A DNA stretch of 63,931 nucleotides, filler included, from Dirinaria sp. TL-2023a (GCA_051941275.1; 57 parts of 57 records of this genome joined end to end with filler, not necessarily neighbours in it), one strand, 5' to 3'; shown: positions 24,621 to 38,459, numbered from the whole stretch's first letter. Numbers and translations are program-made. Notes: generated by a model not told the origin, from the sequence alone.

Positions 24621-25860
24621 TGATAGGGCTGCTGATTATGGATGATAAAAGAGTTAATTGTTATAACTACTGAATGATCATCTAATATACATGCGGTTGC
24701 CACGGCGACAAATAAGTCATCGTTTATGATGGTACTTTGACAAATATCAAAGTATCACAATCAATGATTCTAGCAATCGTAACAGATGCCCTCAAACACA
24801 AGAAAAAAGCATCTTTCTCGATGTTATTTTTTATTTCTCAGATTTTTTTTTTTTTTTTTTTTTTTTTAATTCTTACTCGATNNNNNNNNNNNNNNNNNNN
24901 NNNNNNNNNNNNNNNNNNNNNNNNNTTAATTAATTAANNNNNNNNNNNNNNNNNNNNNNNNNNNNNNNNNNNNNNNNNNNNCAGCGGAGGAAAGCCGTCA
25001 TCGAAACATCATACCTTATTCATTGGGCGAAGAAGAAGTCGAGAGAAGAGCACATCGCGAGAAAAGCAGCAGCTGAAAAGCACTCATCAGAGGAACCTCA
25101 TCACATATCAAACATACCCAACCGATTTCCTAGTCACATCCTCGAGTGCGTTGTTCGGAAAAGAAGCATGGAGTTATTAGGTTGATGGAAAACGGATCTT
25201 GCGAGGCGTTATGAAATGTTTTCAGAGTTTGAACGTATGTTTTGCTTTGCCCCGGTTTCTTACGCATCGAAACCGGTTCTTCATAGATAGCTGTCAATTC
25301 TTACAAAGACTTTTGTGAATCGAGATGTATCTTCAAATGTCATCAATTCTCCAAGTATGTATGCACTCGTGCGTGATAAACTTGCGTCACTCAACTCGTC
25401 ACTATCTTACCTTGGCAATGATTGAGGAACGAGCAGATCAGGGCTGATTGAGGGTTCTGAGGAGTCTGATAGCCCTGCATTAATTTGGGTCCTTCTGTCT
25501 CGTTTTCATCAGTCAATGCGTCTTCAGGTATCACCAAGTGCTCCAGATTTAGGGTGACAAAAGCTATCTTTTCGTATTTTTATGAAATTTTAAATTTGTA
25601 TGTTTAAGCACTAACGCTTTAACAGCGGTATAGTTCATCGCCAATTCGTTGTACCCTTTTGCTCGAAAATAGCATCCTGCCAGCCTAGAAGCATTGGATA
25701 AACCTGGGCATGAGGTATTTATGAATGGGTGGAATTGATAATGATCAGTGAAAACAATTGTGCGGTGCTGATTTAAGACTTCAAAAATAATTCTGGTCAC
25801 AAATTCCCTGATAGCTACAAGCACGGCAGCAATTGTAGAAACTTGGAGGGATTTTGGACC

Positions 25861-26006
25861 ATGGGACGTGAAGAAGTTAATGGAGCGCTTTCCAATGGAA
25901 CTGCGCCAGAGAATGTCCAGACATGTAGTTCTGGTCCTAGGTTCCTGATTATCGGCGCTGGCTCTCGAGGCAATGCCTACGCTCACGCAGTAACGCAATC
26001 TACAAA
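25861..26006 (+). CDS. Gfo/Idh/MocA-type NAD(P) oxidoreductase, N-terminus
   Basis: PRFLIIGAGSRGNAYAHAV Rossmann motif. Confidence 0.8.
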
Positions 26007-26221
26007 NNNNNNNNNNNNNNNNNNNNNNNNNNNNNNNNNNNNNNNNNNNNTTAATTAATTAANNNNNNNNNNNNNNNNNNNNNNNNNNNNNNNNNNNNNN
26101 NNNNNNCCCTTTCCACCACGAAAAAAATCCATTTCTCCTCTCTTTCCCCCTTTTCCCTTCTCCCTACCTCTTAAACCCACGAAAAGCAACTCGGCCCCTC
26201 TAATGTTAATCTCCAAACCAG

Positions 26222-26427
26222 GCAACCCAGTCCACTGCTACTACTGCCCCAACTGCACCGCGCACGCCTACCACCACCAGACCGTGCTGGGCGACAAGAT
26301 CATCGTGCGCACGGCTCTGCTGCAGGGCGCCAAGAAATTCGGCGTCGGCGCCGAGATTTTCGGCAAAGACCGTCTGCCGTGGCAGAAGGAGGTCGCGCAC
26401 ACGTTCGAGGGCCCGCCTCTGTCGTAG
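26222..26427 (+). CDS. GFA/Mss4-like (CENP-V family) protein, last exon
   Basis: GNPVHCYYCPNCT..AEIFGKDRLPW; upstream CTAAT..CAG acceptor. Confidence 0.85.
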
Positions 26428-27231
26428 GAAAGCCGACTCCATGTGTTCTACTCCCCTCCTGCATGACCCAGAAGAGAGAAAGAAAAAAAAAAAAGGAGGG
26501 GGAGCAAGGAGCTGGGTAAGAAGGAGGGATCAGTGACTAGAGAGAGAAATAGGGACAATGGTCCCAATTCGTCAGCATGTGTAAATTAGCGGGCTTTGAG
26601 CTAGCGATTAGCGAGGGGGGCGTGTTGTTGTTGTTGTTGTTATTGTTGCTGTGAGCTTTTGTATCCTATCAAGGCTGCGAGTGAATACATAATAGCAGCA
26701 AGCATATTCAATTCGGTGGCTTTTGCAAAAAAAACCCATCCAGTGGCAAATGGAATTGAAAAAGATCCACCGAAAAGTAGGTTCACATCCTCATTGTAGA
26801 CCTCTTATTACCTTCTATTCATCTTATGTCTCCCTTATTCACTGTTGATCTAGCCCCTTTTTCTTTTGGCGAGGGAAAAAAGAAAAAAGAAAAACAATCC
26901 AATAAGACCCTTCCCTTTCTTTCCTTTCCCGTCTTTCCTTCCCCCTTTTCTTTCTCTTCTCTTCGCGGGAAGAAAAAACCCCCCAAACCAAAAAAAAAAA
27001 AGGCGTACACCCCTTCCCTCCAAACCATTCCCCTTCCTCCCACTCTAAGTATCTACAAGCTTCCCTCCCCCCTGCCCCAAAACAATAACAATAACATAAA
27101 CCGCTATCTTCTCCTCTTATATCCTCAAGATNNNNNNNNNNNNNNNNNNNNNNNNNNNNNNNNNNNNNNNNNNNNTTAATTAATTAANNNNNNNNNNNNN
27201 NNNNNNNNNNNNNNNNNNNNNNNNNNNNNNN

Positions 27232-28255
27232 GTAACAGTGAGGGATAAAATGTGTGAACAAACATTTCTCGAATTACGTACGTTACACGATCATAAAGTG
27301 CACATGAGAACGACTCATTCGAGAATTAATAAATTGATAATCTTTATTAAATTCACGTTACACATATGCTAAATTCAGGCAATGAAAGAATTTTATTCTC
27401 AGATTTCGTCGAAATATATTAAAAAAAACGTATATTAATATATGTCGTGTATAAATTGCGTTTATATTTGATAAAATTTTGAAAACATATGTTTTTCGAA
27501 ATGAATGACGCGATGCTCAGTATTATCAAAAATTAAAATACGTTTTTTCGCGATTATGCGTATGCTCAATTTATATCCGCATAATTTTTTTTCACACAAA
27601 TATCGTTTTGATAAAATTTTCGCAAATCAATGTGAGCGCATAACGTAAATTTAAAACAAAATGAGTATGAGTTCGATTTATGATTTTTAGAAAAAATAAT
27701 CTCGAATTCGTCGTCAAATATAAAATCAAATTTTATCGTAAATAAAATCGTAACAATTAATTTAAGTCGATAATTTATAATATTAAATGACTAACATATG
27801 TTAAACATAAATTTAATTTAAATCGTCAATATTTATATTTTGCAACTTAAAACAATAAACTCGAACGTCGTATGTGACGAACATATATTAAACATATATT
27901 TTTTCGAGTGATATAATTGTTAAATTTTTAGCATATATTGAGTATACGTTTGTTTAGTTTTTTTAATATCAAGATATGATGACATAATCTCGACATGTGT
28001 CGAGTTTTTAAATGCTTAACACATTAAACGCGCATTCGCGAATTAACGCGCTAAGAAATGTTAATTATTCGTGTTTGAGTTTTTTATTTTTATTTTTTTA
28101 AAATATTTTTTTGTTGTTGAGATCGTATTTAGCATACGTTGATTTTTTATCATTAATTCAATACAATTATTTGTAACTCAAATTAATGATAAATTGAGCA
28201 CATATTTAAACTCATTAATTTATTTAAAATTGAGCACATGCTCATCTTAAATTTT
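27232..28255. repeat. Extremely AT-rich hypermutated repeat relic
   Basis: CC/GG nearly absent, many surviving C/G lie in CpG; no ORF. Confidence 0.7.
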
Positions 28256-29920
28256 NNNNNNNNNNNNNNNNNNNNNNNNNNNNNNNNNNNNNNNNNNNNT
28301 TAATTAATTAANNNNNNNNNNNNNNNNNNNNNNNNNNNNNNNNNNNNNNNNNNNNCAGTCAAGGGAAGCAGTGATTCTCGGCGCTAGGAGAGAAAATCCA
28401 TAACATGGAATAAGGTGGTATCGAGGGTCGGTAGCGCATAAGTCGGGTAGGAATACCTACAGATACTCATGCAGCGTCACCAAGTCGCCGCCGCATTAGC
28501 GTGGTACCCTACATGTATCTTACTGTATGTACGTTGCCCTCCGCGGATTGCGGAAGAGATACCTTACCTACCTTAGGTGCGTGATTCGTTCACGCACCCG
28601 ATTTGGGACTAGCGTCCCAATTTTTCTGCAAACCGCGAGATTGTCTGCACTGCCATCCCCCTGCAGGGGCCCCGCAGCTGTGTCAGGGCAGCCTATTGAA
28701 CAGCGAGGCCATAAACCAGGTACCAGCCACCTAATATTGGCGATCTGCGATCTGCTCTCGTCCCTGATCCAGCGCACACCCGAGTGGTGGTTCCAGCGAC
28801 TACCTAACGACAGTTACGCCATATACTGCCATCATCTCGCGTGAGCATGGCAATTACTGTCCCGGCGCAGAAAGATTTCTATCAAAATTCACGGCATCAC
28901 TGGAAAGAGCCTGAGTGTATTCGCTTTCTATCGTTGTCTTATCAGTCATCGATACGCAGTAGAGCCGGGGAAAGTAAATGTCGAACAGCAAAGTTGCGCC
29001 AAAAGAGAGCCCACAGTTGGTGGGTGATTATTGATGTATATGTTCGTTTATACTGTCTGACAGTAAAGCGTACACCCAGAGGAAACCAAGAGCCTCCATG
29101 CATACCACGAGTCCACAGCACAAGGAGCCGGTAATGCCTTTTTCTTGCTGCCGAACTCAGCAAGCTTATATGCAAAGTCGATCGTCGATCGTAAGGAATC
29201 TACCTTGTTGCAGATTTCCCGGTCCCGGTTATCTCACTATCCTCACCATGCAACTTCCGAGCTGCCTTTACCCTCGTAACGTGGGAACATTAAATTTAAC
29301 ACTAAGGTAATATCGTTCGCCCGATATGTACGTTTACGCACGACGGGAGCCGTCTTAGCACCTGCCAAAGCTGCATGAGNNNNNNNNNNNNNNNNNNNNN
29401 NNNNNNNNNNNNNNNNNNNNNNNTTAATTAATTAANNNNNNNNNNNNNNNNNNNNNNNNNNNNNNNNNNNNNNNNNNNNGCTCAACTCCGCCGGAAATGT
29501 TTTCTGTTGAGCTACACATCAAAGGTAAATAAGAAATTGTGACTCATAGAGGTTTTGGAGGCAAGGCAGGGAAATGTATATATAAGTCTCTCCCTCTCTC
29601 TCATACGCAGTGTCTGTCTGTCTACGAAGCATAAATCTTTCCTTTCTCTTTCTTTTTCCTTTCCTTTTCTCTTGAAACCTTGAAAAATCTACTACCGTCC
29701 CAAAACCAAAACCCAAAAAAAAATTTTCTATCTACCGAACTGACTGACGACCTGTTCTCTACTGTTCATCTAAACCCGCGCGCATAAAAACCAAAAAAAA
29801 AAAAATTTTTTTTTGGAGGGCGGGACCCTTGAAGCTACATACATACATAACCTAAGGTATCTCCTTGGGTTAGTTAGGATCTTAACTAAGGTACTTAAGT
29901 TCGCTTGTGGCTTGGAAGAA

Positions 29921-30503
29921 TGATGTACTTCTCGAGGTGTAGTACGAGTACGGTTATGTATGGCGATGATACTAGGGGGTTTGAGAGGAGGAACACGGAC
30001 GAGAAGAGGAACAGGGATGAGGAGGAGACCAACGACGACACCACCACCACCACCACCACCACAACCACAAAGAAAACCCACTTCTACGACCTGCCCCCCG
30101 AACTCCGCGTCCAGATCTACGCCCTCGCGCTCTGCCTTCCACACCGCCTCATCCGCGCATCGTTCCCGCACTCCCAGCCCCTGGATCTCGACCAAGACCA
30201 AGGGCAGGGAATGTCCCCCTACCTCTGCCCGCTTGACCTGCTTCACCGGAGACCACACTCCGACCCACTCCCCCCGTACCACCACCACCCCTTCACCCCT
30301 GCCCTCCTACTCACCTCGCGCCTGATTTACAACGAATGCCTCCCGCTCTTCAACACCCTGAACACCTTCCACCTCACGCTGCCGCTCTACGGTGGTGCAA
30401 CCTTACCCATCCAAAAACCTCCAACGACAATCCACCATCTCTCGCTCGCGCTTCCGGAGCTAGGTCGCGGGGCGACGAGACGGAATTTCAGAGGGTTTTT
30501 TAA
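29921..30503 (+). CDS. F-box-like (2EXR-type motif) fungal protein, N-terminal fragment
   Basis: HFYDLPPELRVQIYALAL..PALLLTSRLIYNECLPLF; start codon uncertain. Confidence 0.75.
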
Positions 30504-32271
30504 NNNNNNNNNNNNNNNNNNNNNNNNNNNNNNNNNNNNNNNNNNNNTTAATTAATTAANNNNNNNNNNNNNNNNNNNNNNNNNNNNNNNNNNNNNNNNN
30601 NNNCAATCACGTTCATCGAGAACGATTTTTTTGAAAGTCTCATTTTCTTTCAGACTATGTAAAAAAAATGTTAATAGGGAGGGGGGAAAAACTCAAACGT
30701 CAGAAGATTAGAACATGAAAGTATCTAAAGATGTTCAAAAAAATGCAAAAAAAATCTCGAAAAATTTAAAATTGACACTGAGAGTTTCTCTCGCTTCTCT
30801 TGTTCTTCTCGCTCTTTTTGTTTATTTTATTTTCTCTCATCGTTCTCGTTTTTCTCATAATTCTCGTTCATCTTTTGTCGACGATGTTCGTCTCATCGAT
30901 TAAATCTGTGATCGCATTGACTCTGACTCGGGAGAGAATCCTCTTGTCAAAAGTTCACTCTGCGATAAAAACGCAAAGTTTCAGCAGATATTCGTTAAAA
31001 TCGAAGAACTCTCATTTATCGTCGAATCAGTGCTCGAAAACTGTTAGTAAAGTGAATTTGTGTTGACTTAAAATTTTTGATACATTCTTCTGCAAAAAAA
31101 AAAATTTACATTTTTAAATCGAGCGAAAATAGACGAGTTCACGTTCAGAGTGACAAGATACATCTCAATCATAGCAGACTGCGAAAAAAATTAGTATTAC
31201 TGAAAAATCTTTTGAAAAAAATGAAATACTTACAACATAGAGATGCTCACAGAGAAAATGATCGTCATCGTTTATCTCTTGAGATTGCTGATTATTTCGA
31301 TAGACATGAGCTGAAAATTTTCCATTTTTACCTATCTTGTGACTTTTGCTACATGTGTAGCATCGCGGGACCTTGTCGACAATTTTTCAAGAATTACGTT
31401 TAAGTTTTCGTTGTAAACGAGAATTTATGTCGAAAACATTGCTCGATTGATGATATATTTTCTTTGTCGTATTTATCTTTCAGCTACATTGTTGGTGGAA
31501 AAGAGTGAATATGGTTCATCAACTGTCACATGTTGCTCCTGACGAACAGCTTTCAAGAGGTGACCGAAGCTGCACCCTCGTACCCATCTCCAATCATCAT
31601 CAGAGCCTACAGTCAAACTTGGTGTCNNNNNNNNNNNNNNNNNNNNNNNNNNNNNNNNNNNNNNNNNNNNTTAATTAATTAANNNNNNNNNNNNNNNNNN
31701 NNNNNNNNNNNNNNNNNNNNNNNNNNAGGCCGGGCTGTCGGCCTAAAGCTGCCTTTCTTACATCTAGGTAGCTAGTGGCAAGTATTGTCGGTCTGACAGC
31801 CTCACTACGAGACGAGGCTGAGATACCTTACAAGAAGATAGCACAAAAAGATAGCATCAAAAGTGTCACTACGCAGGTAGAGCTGTCGAATTGCTTGATG
31901 TCGATGGTCAATCTATGAGTATGCTACCGACCGGGATCTTATATCTAGTTGCGTAAGTCGCTCCTTCTGTTGGTGGTCGTTGCTGCGTACTATCTGCTGG
32001 GCTATGGCTGGATTACTACGCCGAGAAAATACCTATCTCATGTTCATGGGCATCACGTTGATCCTTCTCGCAGGGCCACGTAGAAAGATGAAGATCCTAA
32101 TCTATTAGTAGGCTCCTGGAATAAGCACCATGCTGGATTGTGTGATATTAGCAATCTAGCTCCTCAAATCTCCGCGACCGACATTCACCATTTGGAACAG
32201 AACTCATGTTATAGATTGGGTGACTTTGTTCGAGAGCGTCGGCTCATATCCGGCGCTCCACCGTCAGCAAA

Positions 32272-32749
32272 ATGAGTTTTGGATTTAGTGTTGGCGACTT
32301 TATCGCCTTCGGAGCACTAATTTGGAAGGTAAATGGTGCATGCTTGATCTCAGATTCGATCCATAGGGCTTATGAAACTCGCTTCTTGAATCTTTCTGCA
32401 TCGTCCCCCCCCCCTCCCAAACTTTGGGCTAAGTTAATTACGCAGTCCGGGCTGCGTTTGTTCGAGATCCAATACTTACACGAAATAGATACGTGATAGG
32501 TGCAAATCCTCGGCGACTGAATTTCGAGATCTCTCTCGAGAAGTCTCTTCAATGCACTTTGTCTTGAAAGCCATCGAAAGATCTTGGTGTACCAGGGGTC
32601 TCGCCCCTAATCAGAGATTCGAGTTATCCAATCTTGTCGAAGGGTGTCGCGAGATTTTGGAGGACTTGGAGGGTCTGCTGGACAGATACCGAAGCCTTGG
32701 CTCGAATTGGAAAAGTCCCGTCGATAGATTTCGTTGGGCTGCTGAGAAT
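32272..32749 (+). CDS. Fungal STAND/NLR-type N-terminal helical domain protein, two exons, partial
   Basis: MSFGFSVGDFIAFGALIWK, intron ~32329-32488, IRDRCKSSATEFRDLSREVSSMHFVL..GCREILEDLEGLLDRYRSLG..DRFRW. Confidence 0.85.
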
Positions 32750-32849
32750 NNNNNNNNNNNNNNNNNNNNNNNNNNNNNNNNNNNNNNNNNNNNTTAATTA
32801 ATTAANNNNNNNNNNNNNNNNNNNNNNNNNNNNNNNNNNNNNNNNNNNN

Positions 32850-33872
32850 TTGAGAACAAAATCGCGAATGTATTACTCTGTTTTATGCAGTTGATTTTGT
32901 CGATCTCGATTTGATTTTAAGCATGCTCATGCTTGCAAGTCAGAGTATTCTGTTAAATCTAGAGACAGCAAATTGACGATTCAAAATTATTTTTGAAAAA
33001 TTCGAAATCTCTGAACTCGTCAATTTTGTCATAGATCTGACGAGATAACAGCGAGTGTATGCATTGATTTGCGTCGATGTAACGACGACGACAAGTCAAT
33101 CAAAATCGAAACTTTCAATTCTTAAAAAGTTATTGAAGTTTCGAGATCAATTTGATAACGAGAAAATCGAGATTCTGTCTGAACAAGATCAGAAAGATCA
33201 TATCATTGATTTAATGAAGAGTCGAGAATTACTCTTTATGTCTTTATACAATCTTTCTCAGATCGAGCTGACTGAGTTGCGACGTTATCTAGAGAACGCT
33301 TTAAAAAAGAGCTGAATTCGTGTAACAGTGATACCTGATACATTGATATATATTGACCAATGCAGACTAGCGCCGCTTGGTAGTCGGGGGTGTTCAGAGG
33401 CAATCCTTCGGGGTCTGAAGCATGGCTAGCGCCGCCTAGAAGCCAGCGTCGAAAGATTGAATCCCGAGACTAACTAGAAGTCAGTGAGCGATTGACGCTT
33501 ATAGAGCATTGTGCCTACGAGCGCTCGTGATTCGTCAGCGCGGGGCTCGTCATGATGGGGCAATATTAACGCTCGCGGTTAAGTATAGAGGACCACCCAC
33601 CCTTTCGAAGGGGGTCCTTAGTGATTAGTTCTAGCAGGAACTACAGTATGAGGTAGCCATATAATCTATTACACTGCCACGTCTTTCACACAAGTACTGC
33701 GTCGGCGGGTAACCGACGCATACGATTTTACAATTCGTCATTTCGTTTCGTCAGCAGAAGCTTCGATTTTTTTTGTATTTAAAAAAGATGAAGAATTACG
33801 ATTATGTGTAGATTACAGAGAGCTAAACGCGATTACAATCAAAAATCGTCATTTTTTATCTCTTATAACGAA
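32850..33872 (+). mobile_element. Decayed Ty3/Gypsy protease-RT, interrupted by a solo LTR
   Basis: [51 protein letters not shown]. Confidence 0.92.
33321..33732 (+). mobile_element. Solo LTR, family C (412 bp), with TSD ATTCG
   Basis: ATTCG on both sides; removing the LTR and one TSD restores the RT frame. Confidence 0.93.
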
Positions 33873-33972
33873 NNNNNNNNNNNNNNNNNNNNNNNNNNNN
33901 NNNNNNNNNNNNNNNNTTAATTAATTAANNNNNNNNNNNNNNNNNNNNNNNNNNNNNNNNNNNNNNNNNNNN

Positions 33973-34860
33973 CATCATGGAGCCAGTGCATGTCGACGCC
34001 GTTGTGTTAGCCCCATCTTTTTTCGAAACAGTGGTCTCGAAACCGGACATGCTTGATTTCGTTACTGAAAACGTCGATAAGGTCTTCTATAGCGGTGGCG
34101 GCGTCTCAGAAAATGCAGGCAACGCCTTCGCCTCCAAGGCTCGACTCTTCAATATGCACGGGTCAACGGAGACAGGTGTCTAATGGCCATCCAAGCATTG
34201 GAAGTATATTCAACCTTACGCTGACGCTGAAATAGGATTTCGATCTTTGGGCAAAAATTCAGGGACCTCTGAAGTTGTCATTGTGAAGAATCTAAGTTCC
34301 GAGAACCCACAGCCAATCTTCACGCTCTTTCCTGATTACAACGAACACCTTACCAGACATAGTTTTGCTGCTCACCCTTCGGGCCTTCTAAGCCAGGTCT
34401 GTGGGCGTATCAGAGGAGGATGGATGATGTCATTGTCTTCAAACCCGGGTGCATGTGCAATCCGATCATCATGGAGCAGTATGTCGCACAGCATATGGAG
34501 GTCCGATCAGTTCTAATGACGGGCATGGGAGGGTCTCAACCTGCACTCTTGGTCGAGTCTGCCACCAATCAAGAGAGCTCCGCTGAGCCAAAGAACGAAC
34601 TTGCGCACAGACTGTGGCCTCTTGTCAAAGAGGCAAACGAAAAGTATAAGATTGGCGCCAGCGTCTCGCAGACGCATATTTTTATTCTCGATTCGAGCAT
34701 TACTATGAGATATGCAGGTAAAGCACAGTTCAACGAGCTCCTACACTTGAACAGTACAAGACTATCCTCGACGATCTGTATGCTCGCCACGGCAATGATT
34801 CACCCGACAACGACTTTGCGCTACCGCTCAATCTTTGAACCGACCAGGAACCAGTCATAA
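33973..34860 (+). pseudogene. NRPS-like (ANL) adenylation domain, disrupted
   Basis: FYSGG, HGSTETG, QPIFTLFP, RMDDVIVF..NP..E and QPALLVE motifs, split by a stop at 34181-34183 and a frameshift near 34390. Confidence 0.75.
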
Positions 34861-37800
34861 ATAATATCACAGTCACTCCAAATGAGACTCAAGCGTTCGA
34901 CAAGAGAATGGAGTAGCTTTGTCTTTCGTTACTCAGAGCCAGATCGTTGTAATCTTAAGTGCAAAGTCTTCAACGACAGGTCTCTGAACAAAATNNNNNN
35001 NNNNNNNNNNNNNNNNNNNNNNNNNNNNNNNNNNNNNNTTAATTAATTAANNNNNNNNNNNNNNNNNNNNNNNNNNNNNNNNNNNNNNNNNNNNAAGAAG
35101 CCACGAGAAAACATTTCTCGTACGGAGTCAATAAGGAAAGCGAGATACCGGGGGTTGGGGATGGAGGCTCCGCAGGAAATCAAGCTATGAAATATGCAAC
35201 ACGAACGGACCAGTGCACAGGCCACCAGACGGAGAACCTCACTCCGCCGAAAAGTTGAGTATGTTTTGATTGACTTTCAACGTCTCCTTTTCCACTGTGA
35301 CTTATCCGATTCCAGACATAAATCGAGCAGCTATTTGGAACGCATAGCCGCTTTGTTGTCTGCATTTGTTCGAAATGGAAAAACGTGTGGCGTCCACTGC
35401 CGCGATCCCGTATCTTCCTTTGAAACATGCGAAACTCAGGAAGAGATCCACTTCTCCGATCGAAATCGGCACGACAGACGAGCCGCGAGGGGAAAAATTA
35501 ATAATGAGCCCGATCGCTACCCGACCTTGCTACGACGCTTAACTCAAGTAGTACATCTTCGTCGTTCCAAGGTTGAGCGAGCCTGTGGGCCATCCTATCT
35601 TGACACGGCTATGGATGATGACATCTATGGAGCTGTGCCTCTCGACGCTCTTACTATTCAGAAGCGAACAGAGGCTCTATCAGAGGCTACAAAGCAGAAA
35701 GCTCCAACGTTGATGAAGGTACGAACGTGAAGAGTAGATGTGTGGAATCAGTAAGCCTGCTCAGAATCTTATCTTATCAAGTCTCATGAACCATTGGCAC
35801 ATCACGCTTTATTGGGACTCGTCGTTATACTGCTACCCAACTCACTATAGGCACTAGAGCTTCCTTTATATCCTCCAGGAAGAATCTTCAGTAGCAGGCG
35901 GCTAATAAGATAGAGGTCATGGCCAGCTTCTACATATTGCATACTACATTAAAGTGTCTAGAATGGGGTTATTCGACCCCCAATGGAGCTTTGATTTCAG
36001 CGAAGCCTTGGAGGGAAGCCAATACGCATTCGGCCTCAAGAACACTTATTATTGGATGACTCGAGCGGAGATCGGTCTTTCCCCGCAGTCCAATAGCCAC
36101 TAAATGTACACCACCANNNNNNNNNNNNNNNNNNNNNNNNNNNNNNNNNNNNNNNNNNNNTTAATTAATTAANNNNNNNNNNNNNNNNNNNNNNNNNNNN
36201 NNNNNNNNNNNNNNNNCCCCCCCTCCCCCGGCCCAAATGTCTCGGGATTCGAGGCGTAATTTCATTTTTGTCTTTTTGTGTGCGTGGAACAAGGAATGGC
36301 TCGCTGTCCTCGCTACCCCAGCACTATTGCGGTATCCGTTCTCGCTCAGATAATAGACAATAGGGTTGCTGAAAATTAAGTCTTAACTATTCGAAATCTA
36401 GATGTCAGTGGCGCGGAGGGACTATGGTCACTTCTTCCCCCAAGCAAAGGAAAGAAAAGAAAAAAAGTGGATATAACACTTTTCCAACGATCTTCCCACC
36501 CTATTTTACCCAGACTCGAGGGAGTTGGGACTCGGGGGGATTCAGGGGGTGGTCTGATAAGAAATCTGTAGAGAGAAAACATCGCTATGCAGGTTGACTC
36601 TTGTTTTTTCTAAGAAATTGAGGAGTGATTAATGATATTAAAAAATTTATTTTGGGTGCGTCGGTGAGAACGAGGTTACTGCCTTAGTATCTCTGCTATC
36701 AGTGGTCTGTGAAACACGTCTAACATGCATGCATGCATGCGCTCTAATTGACCATCCTAAGGTACCTGATATTGTGATACGCCTCTCCTTAAAAAAGAGG
36801 TAGGATATAGGCCTGGGCGTGGTTGTTGATGCTGTATGTGAATCATATGCTTTTTGACATTGAGAAGTTATTTGAATGAACTTTACTACCCTAAGCATAC
36901 CTATTTTGCGGGTATATCCCCCATGCATGGAAAAGATCAAATGGATGCGTCTTTTATATATATATAAAGCAGCGATCATGAAGAAGATCACGAATACATG
37001 CATGCAATGACGAATTCACCGGGTTTTTTGGTGCTGCGATCATGTCGGTTGCGATAGCAAAGTTCTAGGTTACCCGGATTTTATTTCTCGAGAGATCAGC
37101 TGTTTTGTTTTCTATACATCGGATTTGGTTATTTTTTTTATTTGGGAGTTGATTGTGTACTGACGTTCATCCTCTGAACACATTATAGAGGAGCGAGGGT
37201 ATCAAAAAAGGGGGTTGCGGTATATGATAGGGGGGCGGNNNNNNNNNNNNNNNNNNNNNNNNNNNNNNNNNNNNNNNNNNNNTTAATTAATTAANNNNNN
37301 NNNNNNNNNNNNNNNNNNNNNNNNNNNNNNNNNNNNNNTGAGGATTGAGAATCGATGTGTTTGTCTGCTTTTAGCAGATTTTGGAGTTCGTAGGAGGAGA
37401 GGGGGGTTGTGTTGGTTGGGTAGAGAATGAATGGCATTGTACAGTAAGAGGATGCTATTGATTTCTTGGAAGGGGTTGGTGGATAATGTCATTGTTCGTG
37501 GAAGAAATCTCGTTGTTTTCGAAAGAGTGTGTTTTTGAGAACGAGGGACAAAGAGTTAAGAGTCGGTGCCTACCTAGTAGGGATATGTTCTGGCAAGTAA
37601 GGACAAGAAACAAAGAAAAAGAGAAAAGGAATCGGTGCTCGGCAAAAAGTCCTCTGCAGGTTCAATCGGAGCCAATATCTAGATTGCAGCTTAGTCTGCG
37701 AGCATGGTCAGTTGCTACAAAGTCTAGCATGCTGACAGCCGGGAAGTTAATTTCCACTCACTAGCTACCACTCTATAACCTGCTAAGTGCGAGTATCAGC

Positions 37801-38459
37801 AGCGCAATCGAATACTTGGACTTGGACGGGAGGACTTCTTCTGGTGCAGAAGGTGCTTGCTTAGTGAGGATCATCCTGTTGGGATTTCCTATAAAGACTA
37901 TCTCCACAAACAGAGCGAGAGTTTGAGTATTACTATTATCTGTAATTAAGTTAAATAAGAGGATTATGGGCCATGCCTAGTTGGTCATTACCGCATATGT
38001 ATAAGTCTTGAGATTTCAACTACGTTATGCTTAACGACATCAAAGCAGTCGAGGAAGGATGTGATATAAGTAGGCTTTGTCAGAAGCAAGAAGCCGAGGC
38101 AAATTGTCAGATGGCGCTTCGCGCTGCTCTTGCAGGTTGCTCCTTTTCTCTGCAAAGCGCTGCAATGTATGTAACGAGATAGAGTAATCCGTGTGAGGCA
38201 GTTGAAAATATCGGATGCATTATTTGTGTGACATTTGCGTATTGACCATCGATCACTTTCCCACTCCTAGTCCATGCCTGCGCACAATAAGGATTGTAAA
38301 GAGACGGTATTCCAAAAGCGGATAGGTGCACATTTATCGCAAGTGGATTTGTAAGTTTTNNNNNNNNNNNNNNNNNNNNNNNNNNNNNNNNNNNNNNNNN
38401 NNNTTAATTAATTAANNNNNNNNNNNNNNNNNNNNNNNNNNNNNNNNNNNNNNNNNNNN

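Noticed and set aside
24621..24756. Short TGATA..TATCA segment with a terminal hairpin as a solo LTR or MITE
   Set aside because: Single copy in the window, no TSD, and boundaries cannot be verified
35194..35730. 178-aa ORF as a possible Starship DUF3723-like gene
   Set aside because: The resemblance is only impressionistic, with no diagnostic motif and no captain gene or usable context
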